This document shows positions 19,523 through 28,918 of a stretch of 64,000 bases of DNA, one piece after another. Origin of the DNA: an uncultured Lachnospiraceae bacterium (GTDB taxonomy: Bacteria > Bacillota > Clostridia > Lachnospirales > Lachnospiraceae); the NCBI GenBank assembly GCA_902493385.1, contig CABUPO010000001.1, positions 197,720 through 261,719 of the forward strand. Reading direction: 5' to 3'. How positions within the stretch are numbered: the first letter of the stretch is position 1; the number at the start of each line of letters is the position of its first letter. A program made the position numbers and the translations under genes. The notes beneath the pieces are model-generated. The model was given only the letters and a program-made list of their open reading frames with translations. It was not told where the DNA came from and ran no database searches.

Positions 19523-21793
19523 TTACTCAGCAGGCTTTTCAGTCATAAATTTTACCGACTTAATGTGGATATTCTTTGCAGCTGAACTTCCAAAGTCAAC
19601 ATGCACCAACTTAATGCCTGTAACGCAGTTTCCTTCATAACCTTCACCAGCTTCATACCCAACTACAGCGTCAGTAGCTGCAGCTGCAAGGTTATCAACC
19701 TGATGCTGTCCGTCAGGAGTCTGTCCAAGACCATCAGTTAATTTTGAATCAAATAAATAATAGTTAAGATCTGAATCGCTTGTATAGGTAATCTCTACAT
19801 ACTTATACGTCTTATCAGCAGGCGCTTTAAAGAGTATAGCCTGAAACTGTGCAACGCTTACGTCAAGCGTACCTGTCTCAGCATTATATGAAGCTGTAGT
19901 ATTGCCTCCATCAAAAACATATGAATCTGTATTAGTAAGGTCTGCTACATAAGTGTCTGCTGAAGGTTCATCAGAATCATCATCACCGGTAGAAGGCTTG
20001 TCGTTACGAATAGGATCTTCTACGGTAATTACAATTGACTTAATTACAAGATTACCGATTGTACTATTAAACGTTGGAGCCTTAATCATGATACCGTCGC
20101 AGTTTCCTGCGCTTTCATATCCATCGTCTGCCGGCTTGTCACCTTCACGTGCCGTAAACTCTAATTCATACTCAAAGCTTCCATCAGCGCCAGGATTAAG
20201 CTGATCAACTGAAATGGTTTCCTGATTAGATGTAGTTACCGGAGAATCTCCTGTAAGCGTACGTCCGTTAGAGTCAACCATCCACATTCTGAATGCCGTA
20301 GCAGAAGTATCTTCTTCTTCACCTGCTACATAAGTACCTATAATCTTAACCTTAGCAGTCTCGCCATTTAATACTGTTCTTTCTTCAGTTCCGTCAGAGA
20401 AATATACAACGGCATTGTTTGCAGTGTTGCAATACAATTCTCCATTCTCAAGCTTTGACAATGTATTCATAACGCCGTCCTGCGGTATATAATTGCCATC
20501 TGCATCAGTTTCATATACAGGATTTCCGTCTTCATCCAATACCTGATTTCCGTCATCATCTGTTTTAATTACTCTGAACTGGTCAGGAAGTCTCATGTCA
20601 AGATTGTCTTCAGTAAGATTAAGAGTTATAACCTTAGGCTGCGTCTTAATCATGTACTGGCAATCGCCAAATACTGTTGTGCTGTCATAAGGAATTGCAT
20701 CTCCGGCAGTAGGATTAGCAAACAGATTCAATGTTCCGTTTCTTTGTCCGGCAGAAGCATCGTTAATCTGAATTTCTACACCGGCAAAATTCCTGGCTAC
20801 AGGAGCTTCCTTTAATGGAATTGCAAACTCGCACACATATCCGGTATCTGTTGTCTTAACAGCTGATACAATGTCTTCTCCATCCCAATAGTTCTTATCT
20901 GTAAGTGTTCCTGCAGGATTCTCAGCATCTGCATCTGGATTAATTACAAGACGGTACTGGAATGCATTACATTTATCATAATCTACCTTACTGTTATTCT
21001 CATCAAAGAATATCTCTACAGAATCCTGTCTGTATGTCGCCTCATTAGCAAGGTCAATCTCAGGATCATCTGCAGTTACAAGAATATACAGCTTACTTTC
21101 TGTCCAAAGCATCTTAGCCTTAGCGTTAGTTGTCTGCTGTGTACCTTTATCTTCATCAGCAACAGCCCAGTTATTAATCTCCATCTCATCTGCAAAATCC
21201 CATGTGTCGTCAACTTCACCGTCCACATTGATATCTACATATGTCTTATATATAACTGTATCCGGTGATGGAACAGGAGTTGCCGTCGGCTTTGGAGTAG
21301 GCGAAGCCGTCGGTCTCTTAGTAGGTGTGTTAGTAGCTGTCGGACTCGGCTGGTCAGTGCTCTGTCCTGCCGGCGGTGTTGTCTGTGTCTGAGCCGGTGT
21401 TGTTGCTGCAGCCGTAGGATTAACACTAGGCTTAGCGCCTGAATCTGCAGTTACAGTAACCTTACATTTAAGCTTAGTCTTCTTGCTTCCATTCTTATAA
21501 GTAGCTGTAATGTTGGCTTTTCCCACCTTAACGCCCTTAACTGTCGCAGAAGCCTTCTTGCCTTTAGCAATCTTCTTGCTTATTTTGGCAACCTTCTTGT
21601 TGCTTGTCTTCCAGGTAAACTTTGAACTCTTCTTAGCGTTCTTTACCTTAATCTTAACAGTCTGTCCGACTGTTACTGAAGCCTTTTTCTTAAGCTTGGG
21701 CTTCTTTGCTGCATCGGCAGAACCTGATGGTGCAAGAGTGATAACCATTGCTGCACAGAGAACTGCTGCTAATGCTCTTTTAATTGATTTCAT
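19523..21793 (-). CDS. Secreted multi-module carbohydrate-binding protein: Lys-rich Ig-like module, P/T linker, CBM9-like domain and two unassigned beta-sandwich domains; no catalytic domain seen
   Basis: Signal peptide ending ADA|AKK. CBM9-like motifs VDGEVDDTW, KMLW..KLYILV..DD, DSVEIFFDENNSK, GYVCEFAIP and GVEIQINDA. Confidence 0.75.
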   Translation of the reverse strand: MKSIKRALAAVLCAAMVITLAPSGSADAAKKPKLKKKASVTVGQTVKIKVKNAKKSSKFTWKTSNKKVAKISKKIAKGKKASATVKGVKVGKANITATYKNGSKKTKLKCKVTVTADSGAKPSVNPTAAATTPAQTQTTPPAGQSTDQPSPTATNTPTKRPTASPTPKPTATPVPSPDTVIYKTYVDINVDGEVDDTWDFADEMEINNWAVADEDKGTQQTTNAKAKMLWTESKLYILVTADDPEIDLANEATYRQDSVEIFFDENNSKVDYDKCNAFQYRLVINPDADAENPAGTLTDKNYWDGEDIVSAVKTTDTGYVCEFAIPLKEAPVARNFAGVEIQINDASAGQRNGTLNLFANPTAGDAIPYDSTTVFGDCQYMIKTQPKVITLNLTEDNLDMRLPDQFRVIKTDDDGNQVLDEDGNPVYETDADGNYIPQDGVMNTLSKLENGELYCNTANNAVVYFSDGTEERTVLNGETAKVKIIGTYVAGEEEDTSATAFRMWMVDSNGRTLTGDSPVTTSNQETISVDQLNPGADGSFEYELEFTAREGDKPADDGYESAGNCDGIMIKAPTFNSTIGNLVIKSIVITVEDPIRNDKPSTGDDDSDEPSADTYVADLTNTDSYVFDGGNTTASYNAETGTLDVSVAQFQAILFKAPADKTYKYVEITYTSDSDLNYYLFDSKLTDGLGQTPDGQHQVDNLAAAATDAVVGYEAGEGYEGNCVTGIKLVHVDFGSSAAKNIHIKSVKFMTEKPAE

Positions 21794-21904
21794 AAATCAT
21801 CCTCCCCCAAAAAAATTTTAATACCAGTCTATTATCTCACTTTATTTTATAAAAATCAATACAATTTTTTCAAAAATAATACTTATGGAAATAATGTTAA
21901 ATAT

Positions 21905-24157
21905 TTAAGAAAATAGATTTATTTTCTTTTTAAAATTTGAATATATTGTTCCATTTTTGATTTTTATATCGATAATATTTTCTCTCTGACCCTCAGAATT
22001 ATATAATATTACGCTCTTGCTCATGCCGTCGTGTAATTTATACACATTTATAACAAGACCATCCATATAATCGTAATCAGGTCTGTCATCACGGCTTCCA
22101 ACCGGTATAACCGCGCCTTCTCTTACAAAACACGGTATCGTAAAATAACTTACATGTTTAAATTCATACCATCTGCCGCCTTCATATGACTCCCCGCTAA
22201 AATAGTCTGTCCAGCATCCGTCAGGAAGATATACGCTTACATCTCCTCTTTCATTAAACACCGGTGCAATAAGAAGCTCAGGCCCCAGCATATACTGTCT
22301 GTCAAGATACGGGCAGTTCTTATCCTTTGGAAATTCAAGCGCCATGCTTCTCATAAGAGGTATACCAGTATAGGAAGCCTGGCATGCGTATGAATATATA
22401 TACGGCATCAGTCTGTTTTTCAATTTGGAAAAATAAGATACAACTTCTACAGCTTCATAATCATAATTCCAGGGCACTCGATATGATGAGCTTCCGTGAA
22501 GCCGCGAATGAGAGCTCATAAGTCCAAATGCCGCCCACCGCTTATATACATCAGGCGTGGACGTATCTTCAAATCCCCCTATATCGTGGCTCCAGAACGA
22601 AAAACCTGACATTGCAAGAGACAAGCCGCCTCTTAAGCTTTCAGCCATTGATTCATATTCTGCGGTACAATCGCCGCCCCAGTGGACAGGAAATCTCTGA
22701 CCTCCGCAGGTAGCGCTTCTTGCAAATAATATGGCTTCATTCTCGCCCTTTGTCTCTTTAACGGCGTCATATACAGTTTTATTATATAGATATGAATAGT
22801 AATTATGCATGTCTTCTGGATTTGCGCCGTCGTAATACACAACGCCGTCAGTAGGAATTCTCTCGCCAAAATCAGTCTTAAAGCAGTCCACTCCCATATC
22901 TAAAAGCTCTTTAAGCTTTCCCTTATACCATTGTACAGCCATAGGATTGGTAAAATCCACTATAGCCATTCCAGACTGCCACATATCCCACTGCCATACG
23001 TCTCCATTAGTTTTCTTTATAAAATATCCCTGATTTACTCCTTCCAAAAACAACTCCGAATTTTGTGCAATATACGGATTAATCCATACGCACACACAAA
23101 GCCCCTTATCCTTGATTCTTTTTAACATTCCACGCGGGTCAGGAAATACGTCCTTATCCCACATAAAATTACACCACTGCATTCCCTTCATCCAAAAGCA
23201 GTCAAAATGAAAAACGCTTAACGGAATATCTCTCTCTTTCATACCATCAATAAATCCCATGACTGTTTCTTCATCATAATCAGTAGTAAATGATGTGGAC
23301 AGCCACAATCCAAAGCTCCATGCAGGAAGTACGGGAGGCTTTCCTGAAAGTCCCGTATATTTTACAAGCACATCCTTCATACAGCCGTATTCATTATCTT
23401 CACCGCATATTACATAAAAGGATATATTTTCTTTTTTTACGCAAAACGAAACCTTCCTTACATATTCGCTTCCTACCTCAAACATCACCCTGCCGGAGTC
23501 GTTTACTAATACGCCGTATCCCATATCAGACATGAAAAACGGAACATTTTTATATGCCTGCTCTGTAAAAGTACCGCCATCCGCATTCCATATATCAATC
23601 GACTGACCGTTTTTTACAAACTCGGTAAATCTTTCGCCCAATCCATATATATGTTCCCCTACAGAAAGATTAACCGCCGCGCTCATATAAGCCGTATTTT
23701 TTCTGTAACCGTCGTTATCTATGCCGTCGTTTACAGTTATATACGCCATATCCCCGGCATTAATTTTAGTAAGGTATCTTTCTTCACTGTAAAATTCCAT
23801 ATTAAGCGCGGAATCTATAATCAGCTTCGCTGCTCCGCTTTTAATAACAGTCTTTCCGTCTCCGCGTATTATATTAATTCTCTCATCAGCTTCTATATTA
23901 AGCTCAAATCTGGGATATTTGTCCAAACCCCCTTCATAATGCAGAAGCTGTATCCCGAATATTCCTTTACGCGGAACGGTTATCTTTATTGTAATAACAA
24001 CTCCTCCAAGCGTACAGCCTCTGTTATATATAACATTAGAAGGCGCATATAATCTTAAGGTCCTGCCTTCATCTAAAAGCTTCTCGTCGTATACCTGTGC
24101 AGGAGTATAATATTCAACGCCCTCCTTTTTAAGCCAGCACCCGTTTGAAAATTTCAT
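21905..24157 (-). CDS. yicI: GH31 alpha-xylosidase (YicI-like)
   Basis: MKFSNGCW start, YGLGERF, WSFGLWLSTSFTTDYDE, FHFDCFWM, KTDFGERIP, HWGGD and WSHDIGGF. Confidence 0.93.
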   Translation of the reverse strand: MKFSNGCWLKKEGVEYYTPAQVYDEKLLDEGRTLRLYAPSNVIYNRGCTLGGVVITIKITVPRKGIFGIQLLHYEGGLDKYPRFELNIEADERINIIRGDGKTVIKSGAAKLIIDSALNMEFYSEERYLTKINAGDMAYITVNDGIDNDGYRKNTAYMSAAVNLSVGEHIYGLGERFTEFVKNGQSIDIWNADGGTFTEQAYKNVPFFMSDMGYGVLVNDSGRVMFEVGSEYVRKVSFCVKKENISFYVICGEDNEYGCMKDVLVKYTGLSGKPPVLPAWSFGLWLSTSFTTDYDEETVMGFIDGMKERDIPLSVFHFDCFWMKGMQWCNFMWDKDVFPDPRGMLKRIKDKGLCVCVWINPYIAQNSELFLEGVNQGYFIKKTNGDVWQWDMWQSGMAIVDFTNPMAVQWYKGKLKELLDMGVDCFKTDFGERIPTDGVVYYDGANPEDMHNYYSYLYNKTVYDAVKETKGENEAILFARSATCGGQRFPVHWGGDCTAEYESMAESLRGGLSLAMSGFSFWSHDIGGFEDTSTPDVYKRWAAFGLMSSHSRLHGSSSYRVPWNYDYEAVEVVSYFSKLKNRLMPYIYSYACQASYTGIPLMRSMALEFPKDKNCPYLDRQYMLGPELLIAPVFNERGDVSVYLPDGCWTDYFSGESYEGGRWYEFKHVSYFTIPCFVREGAVIPVGSRDDRPDYDYMDGLVINVYKLHDGMSKSVILYNSEGQRENIIDIKIKNGTIYSNFKKKINLFS

Positions 24158-24197
24158 AACACCTTATCTCCTTTACTTTTTATCCCCTTTACTTTAA

Positions 24198-24224
24198 AGG
24201 GCAGCTACATAACGTAACTGCCCT
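24198..24224 (-). terminator. Putative terminator at the end of the secA...yhfC-like run
   Basis: Stem AGGGCAG / CTGCCCT immediately after the stop at 24229, followed by TT on the minus strand. Confidence 0.55.
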
Positions 24225-24228
24225 CGTT

Positions 24229-25152
24229 TTATAAAAGACCTTTTATTTTTTCTTTCTCGTCTGTCCTCTCAAAATAAGCCTTTTGTGCATAAGGCCCTTC
24301 CTTAACAGCCTGTCTGTATCTTATTACCGCTCCGTAAACGTACCATGCTGCAAACAGCCCGCATATAAGCATATACGCATTATATATCATCGAACCTGTC
24401 GTTTTGCTTACAATATTACCCATTTTATCCTGCGATAATGATGCTAAAAGCATTGTAAGAAATGAATATACTATATTGACGGCTGCGCATAATGCAGTAG
24501 TTTTCCATTTTTTATTTCTTATAATTCCTTCATAAATAAATGTAACAAGAGCAATTTCTACGATTATAACCATAATAACATTTATGCCCTCAAACGCAAT
24601 GTCTATTACCCTTGCATTCATAAGCTGCGACACGACATTGTCAATGCTGTCCTGCGTTGCACTTGCATTACCTGCTTTCAGATAATCAGACAAAGCCGCT
24701 GCTCCTCCGCTGTTAAGCAATCCGGAATACTTAAAATACGTAATATATGCCAAAATAACGCTTCCTGCTCCAAACGTCGCATATCCTATTCCGGAACACA
24801 GCGCTCTGTATAACGACGGCGTACGTTTATTCATAAGCCATACGCACCACATTCTTCCCAGCGTTCCAAGTATACCTAACAGCGAAGCCGTAATAAATAT
24901 GTATATAACATAATATCTGTCATTACTATATATATTCATAAAGCCGTTAAACTGCGTAAGAATATACAAAATCGGGACAGGCAACAGATACTGTGACCAA
25001 AAATAAGCCAAAAGCCCTAATCCAAACGAAGCAAACGAGCCTGTCTCATTTTTTCTCGCAATTATGTATATAATAACAAACGGCACAACTATGCCTGCCG
25101 ACGCAAGCACAATCGTAGCTATCATTGATGCCATTACAGAACTACTTATCAT
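24229..25152 (-). CDS. YhfC-like intramembrane protein with degenerate protease motifs
   Basis: Multi-TM layout and ALxxGIG pattern of the YhfC family, but GILGTLGR stands where the family has GxFEExGR. Confidence 0.6.
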   Translation of the reverse strand: MISSSVMASMIATIVLASAGIVVPFVIIYIIARKNETGSFASFGLGLLAYFWSQYLLPVPILYILTQFNGFMNIYSNDRYYVIYIFITASLLGILGTLGRMWCVWLMNKRTPSLYRALCSGIGYATFGAGSVILAYITYFKYSGLLNSGGAAALSDYLKAGNASATQDSIDNVVSQLMNARVIDIAFEGINVIMVIIVEIALVTFIYEGIIRNKKWKTTALCAAVNIVYSFLTMLLASLSQDKMGNIVSKTTGSMIYNAYMLICGLFAAWYVYGAVIRYRQAVKEGPYAQKAYFERTDEKEKIKGLL

Positions 25153-25176
25153 ATAAGCACATCCATTTCATATCTA

Positions 25177-25656
25177 TTATTCAGCCAGACCAAAGGCGTC
25201 GTGTACAGAATTAAGCGCTCTCTCAGAATATTTCTCATCAATAAGAACAGTAACTCTTATCTCTGAAGTTGAAATCTGCATAATGTTGACGTTGGCGTCA
25301 TATATCGCCTCGAACATCTTTGCAGCGACGCCCGGATTACTCATCATGCCCGCTCCTACAACTGATATCTTTGCAACGTCAGTCGTTACGTTAAGCTGGT
25401 CGTATTCAAGACTTCTGCCTTCATGTCTCTTTATCGTCTCAATTGCAGTGTCCATCATATCCTCTGTTACCGTAAAGCTTATATCCTTTGTACCGTCCCT
25501 GCCTACCGACTGCAGAATCATATCCACATTAACATTATGGTTAGCAAGATGCTGGAACAGCTTAAATGCCACTCCCGGCTTATCTTTCAATCCCAATAAA
25601 GCAATCTGTGTTACGTTCTTATCGCAGGCAACGCCGCTTACAAGCATTTTTTCCAT
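25177..25656 (-). CDS. Aspartate kinase beta subunit from an in-frame internal start
   Basis: Inside lysC the mRNA reads AGGGAGG-ATGTTAAA-ATG GAA AAA ATG. The 159-aa product is the ACT region. Confidence 0.65.
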   Translation of the reverse strand: MEKMLVSGVACDKNVTQIALLGLKDKPGVAFKLFQHLANHNVNVDMILQSVGRDGTKDISFTVTEDMMDTAIETIKRHEGRSLEYDQLNVTTDVAKISVVGAGMMSNPGVAAKMFEAIYDANVNIMQISTSEIRVTVLIDEKYSERALNSVHDAFGLAE

Positions 25657-26388
25657 TTTAACATCCTCCCTGACAATTGTTCCTTCATGTTCATTAAGAC
25701 TTGATCTTACAACAAGCTGTACTCCGTATTTCTTTGCCATCTCTACAGAACGGTTATGAAGTACGCCCGCACCGAAGCTTGCAAGTTCAAGCATCTCATC
25801 ATATGTAATTTCATCCATCTTACGTGCATTCTTAACAATACGCGGATCAGCGGTATATACTCCGTCAACATCAGTATATATCTCACATGCGTCCGCATGG
25901 AGCGCCGCTGCAAGCGCAACAGCCGTTGTGTCAGAGCCTCCGCGTCCAAGAGTTGTATAATCATTGTACTGGTTAATACCCTGAAATCCTGTTACAAGAA
26001 CAATCTTATTATTAGAAAGCTCATAACGTATTCTCTCAGTATCTATCCTCTTAAGTCTTGCGTTACCATATACGGCGGTAGTATGCATTGCCACCTGAAA
26101 TGCATTAAGAGAAACTGCGGGAACGCCAAGCTCGTTAATTGCCATAGCTGCAAGTGCGACCGACGTCTGCTCACCGGTTGTAAACAGCATATCCATCTCT
26201 CTTTTCGACGGATTAGGAGATATGCTCTTTGCCATATCAATAAGCACATCAGTCTGCTTTCCCATCGCAGACAGTACAACGACCACCTGATTTCCTTTTT
26301 TATATTCTTCTATACAACGTCTTGCAACATTATATATCCTGTCTTTGTCGGCAACAGATGTTCCGCCGAACTTCTTAACTACAAGCAT
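25177..26388 (-). CDS. lysC: Aspartate kinase (alpha2beta2 type, two ACT domains)
   Basis: KKFGGTSV, VVVLSAMG, TTLGRGGSDTTA, YTDVDGVYTADPR and ISTSEIR. Confidence 0.96.
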   Translation of the reverse strand: MLVVKKFGGTSVADKDRIYNVARRCIEEYKKGNQVVVVLSAMGKQTDVLIDMAKSISPNPSKREMDMLFTTGEQTSVALAAMAINELGVPAVSLNAFQVAMHTTAVYGNARLKRIDTERIRYELSNNKIVLVTGFQGINQYNDYTTLGRGGSDTTAVALAAALHADACEIYTDVDGVYTADPRIVKNARKMDEITYDEMLELASFGAGVLHNRSVEMAKKYGVQLVVRSSLNEHEGTIVREDVKMEKMLVSGVACDKNVTQIALLGLKDKPGVAFKLFQHLANHNVNVDMILQSVGRDGTKDISFTVTEDMMDTAIETIKRHEGRSLEYDQLNVTTDVAKISVVGAGMMSNPGVAAKMFEAIYDANVNIMQISTSEIRVTVLIDEKYSERALNSVHDAFGLAE

Positions 26389-26458
26389 AACAGCCTCCTA
26401 TTACAACATAATCTTTTTAATCTGACTTATACTAGTTAATCACCGAAATGTCTCCCTG

Positions 26459-27658
26459 TCAAGACAAAAAATAACCCATAAGCTTATAACCCTCTGCAAA
26501 TAACCTCCCGGTCTCTTTTGCATTCTTCTCAGAATAGGTCGTTTTGCCTTCCTTTAAATCTGTGCTGTCATATATCATATATGGCACCGGATTTGCTGTA
26601 TGAGTCCTTACGCTTATAGGCGTAGGGTGATCCGGCATAATAAGCATTTTAAAATCTTCACCGGCCTCGGACAGCCTTTCAAATACAGGCGCGATTATTC
26701 TGTCATCAAGATATTCTATCGCTTTAATTTTACGCTCCATACTTCCCTGATGGCCCATTTCGTCCGGAGCTTCAAGATGAACATATACGAAATCATATCC
26801 GTCTTCCGTAAGTGCGGTTACAGCCGCACACGCCTTGCCCTCATAATTCGTTTCAAGCGTTCCGTCGGCGCCGTCAACCTCTATTACTTTCATTTTGGTT
26901 CCGACAGCAATACCTTTTAACAAGTCAACTGCCGATATCATAGCGCCTTTCTTTCCGTATTTTCCTTCAAACGAGTCCAGCGCAGGTTTGGTGCCTGCTC
27001 CCCAGAACCACAAAGAATTAGCTTTATTAAGACCTCTCTTCTGTCTGGCAATATTAATTGGATGATTATTTAATATATCATATGAACGTTTCATGAAATC
27101 TGCCAGCATTTTATCTTCCGGAAGATATCCGCCAATAACTTTTCCAAGTATATCATGCGGCGGCGTAAGCTCGGCGACGCGTCCGTTCTTCCATATGGTA
27201 AGATGCCTGTAGCTCGTACCTGTATAAAACTGATATACCTCGTCCTGAAACTCTTTTTTTACAGCCTCAATTAATTCTGCCGCTTCCTCAGTTGATATCT
27301 CGCCTGAACTGTGGTCGATAATTGTCTTTTCTTCGTATAAAAGATCGTCGTCAGACACTGTTACGATATTGCATCTTATTGCAATGTCCGTATCTTCCAT
27401 ATTAACCCCGATGCTCAGAGCCTCAAGCGGAGACCTGCCGGTATAATAAATACGGGGATTATAGCCAAGAACAGCAAGATTAGCAGTATCGCTCCCCGGC
27501 TTCATCCCTTCAGGAATGGTTGCTGCAAGTCCGATTTCCGAAACCTCTGAAAGCTTATCCATCATCGGAGTTTCAGCATATTCCAAAGGAGTCTTTCCTC
27601 CTAAGGCCTCTATAGGCTCATCTGCCATTCCATCTCCCAGAATTACAACATATTTCAT
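26459..27658 (-). CDS. apgM: Cofactor-independent phosphoglycerate mutase family (ApgM-like); proposed homoserine kinase
   Basis: GDGMADEP, GKTPLE, GSDTANL, YTGRSPLEA, HLEAPDEMGH and PDHPTP; lies between hom and lysC. Confidence 0.9.
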   Translation of the reverse strand: MKYVVILGDGMADEPIEALGGKTPLEYAETPMMDKLSEVSEIGLAATIPEGMKPGSDTANLAVLGYNPRIYYTGRSPLEALSIGVNMEDTDIAIRCNIVTVSDDDLLYEEKTIIDHSSGEISTEEAAELIEAVKKEFQDEVYQFYTGTSYRHLTIWKNGRVAELTPPHDILGKVIGGYLPEDKMLADFMKRSYDILNNHPINIARQKRGLNKANSLWFWGAGTKPALDSFEGKYGKKGAMISAVDLLKGIAVGTKMKVIEVDGADGTLETNYEGKACAAVTALTEDGYDFVYVHLEAPDEMGHQGSMERKIKAIEYLDDRIIAPVFERLSEAGEDFKMLIMPDHPTPISVRTHTANPVPYMIYDSTDLKEGKTTYSEKNAKETGRLFAEGYKLMGYFLS

Positions 27659-27689
27659 TCTTATACTTCCTTTCAGAACACAGTATTAC

Positions 27690-28901
27690 TTAAAAATCCA
27701 CACGAATCATGCCGACTATATTATCTATGCTGTCCGCTGCATTTTTATATTCTCTTTCAGTCATTATATTGGTTATAAACGCGTATTCATCATCAATTCC
27801 CGCATCTAATACAGAAACATCCCCGAATGCCCTGGCTATCTTTTCTTCGATACCTCCGCATCTTTTAGTTCTTACAAAGAACCTGTGCTTTGCATCCTGA
27901 ACAGGAAGAAGCTCCTGTTTCTCATCACTCCATATTATTCGGATATTAGTACCTTTGTGCTTAACAGCGTCGATAACATCGGCAGCGACTGCACTTGCCG
28001 TAGGAAGCATTCCCGCTCCTTTTCCATAAAACATTATGTCGCCAACCATATTGCCTCTTACATATATTGCATTAAACACGTCGTTGACTGCATAAAGCGG
28101 ATGCGACTGCTTTATCATCATAGGAGCTACCATAGCAAGAACCTTTCCATCAACCATCCTGCTTGTACCAAATAACTTGATTGCCGCTTTGGCTGCCTTT
28201 GCATATTTGAAATCCTCTGCGGTAATAGCTGTAATTCCTTCGGTATAAATATCTTCAAAATCTACCTGTTTACCATAAGCAAGCGACGTAAGTATCGCAA
28301 TCTTCCTGCATGCATCGTATCCGCATACGTCTGCTTCAGGTTTACGTTCAGCATAACCTAATTCCTGCGCCTCTTTAAGAACACTTTCAAAATCAGAGCC
28401 GTCGTCTCTCATCTTTGTAAGAATATAATTGGTCGTGCCGTTAAGAATACCTGTAATTTCTTCAATTGCATCAGCGGTAAGAGCCTGGATAAGAGGTCTT
28501 ATTACAGGTATTCCTCCGCCTACGCTTGCTTCAAAGAGAAAATTAACGTTATTCTCTTTAGCTATGCCGATAAGCTCCGAGCCATATTTTGCTACAAGCT
28601 CCTTATTAGAGGTACATACACTTTTCCCTGCAAGAAGGCTTGCTTTAACAAATTCATAAGCTGGATGAAGTCCGCCCATCGTCTCTACAACAACTCCGAC
28701 CTCAGCGTCATTTTTAATAATATCAAAATCCTTAACGAGCCTGTCCTCTATTACTGAGCCGGGAAAATCTCTGAGATCAAGCACATACTTAATATCTATC
28801 GGTTCACCTGCTCTTTTGGCAATAAGGTCATAGTTGTTCAGCATAACTTCTACAACGCCTGAACCCACCGTACCGTATCCCATTACTGCTATCTTACTCA
28901 T
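27690..28901 (-). CDS. hom: Homoserine dehydrogenase
   Basis: GYGTVGSG, TSNK, FEASVGGGIP, GILNGTTNYIL and GKGAG..PTASAV. Confidence 0.96.
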   Translation of the reverse strand: MSKIAVMGYGTVGSGVVEVMLNNYDLIAKRAGEPIDIKYVLDLRDFPGSVIEDRLVKDFDIIKNDAEVGVVVETMGGLHPAYEFVKASLLAGKSVCTSNKELVAKYGSELIGIAKENNVNFLFEASVGGGIPVIRPLIQALTADAIEEITGILNGTTNYILTKMRDDGSDFESVLKEAQELGYAERKPEADVCGYDACRKIAILTSLAYGKQVDFEDIYTEGITAITAEDFKYAKAAKAAIKLFGTSRMVDGKVLAMVAPMMIKQSHPLYAVNDVFNAIYVRGNMVGDIMFYGKGAGMLPTASAVAADVIDAVKHKGTNIRIIWSDEKQELLPVQDAKHRFFVRTKRCGGIEEKIARAFGDVSVLDAGIDDEYAFITNIMTEREYKNAADSIDNIVGMIRVDF

Positions 28902-28918
28902 TGTGTATACCTCCGTGT

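Noticed and set aside
19523..21793. Cellulosomal scaffoldin, cohesin or dockerin
   Set aside because: No duplicated dockerin Ca-binding repeat (GDxNxDGxxxxxD) or recognisable cohesin repeats; the DxDGN triplet has the wrong spacing.
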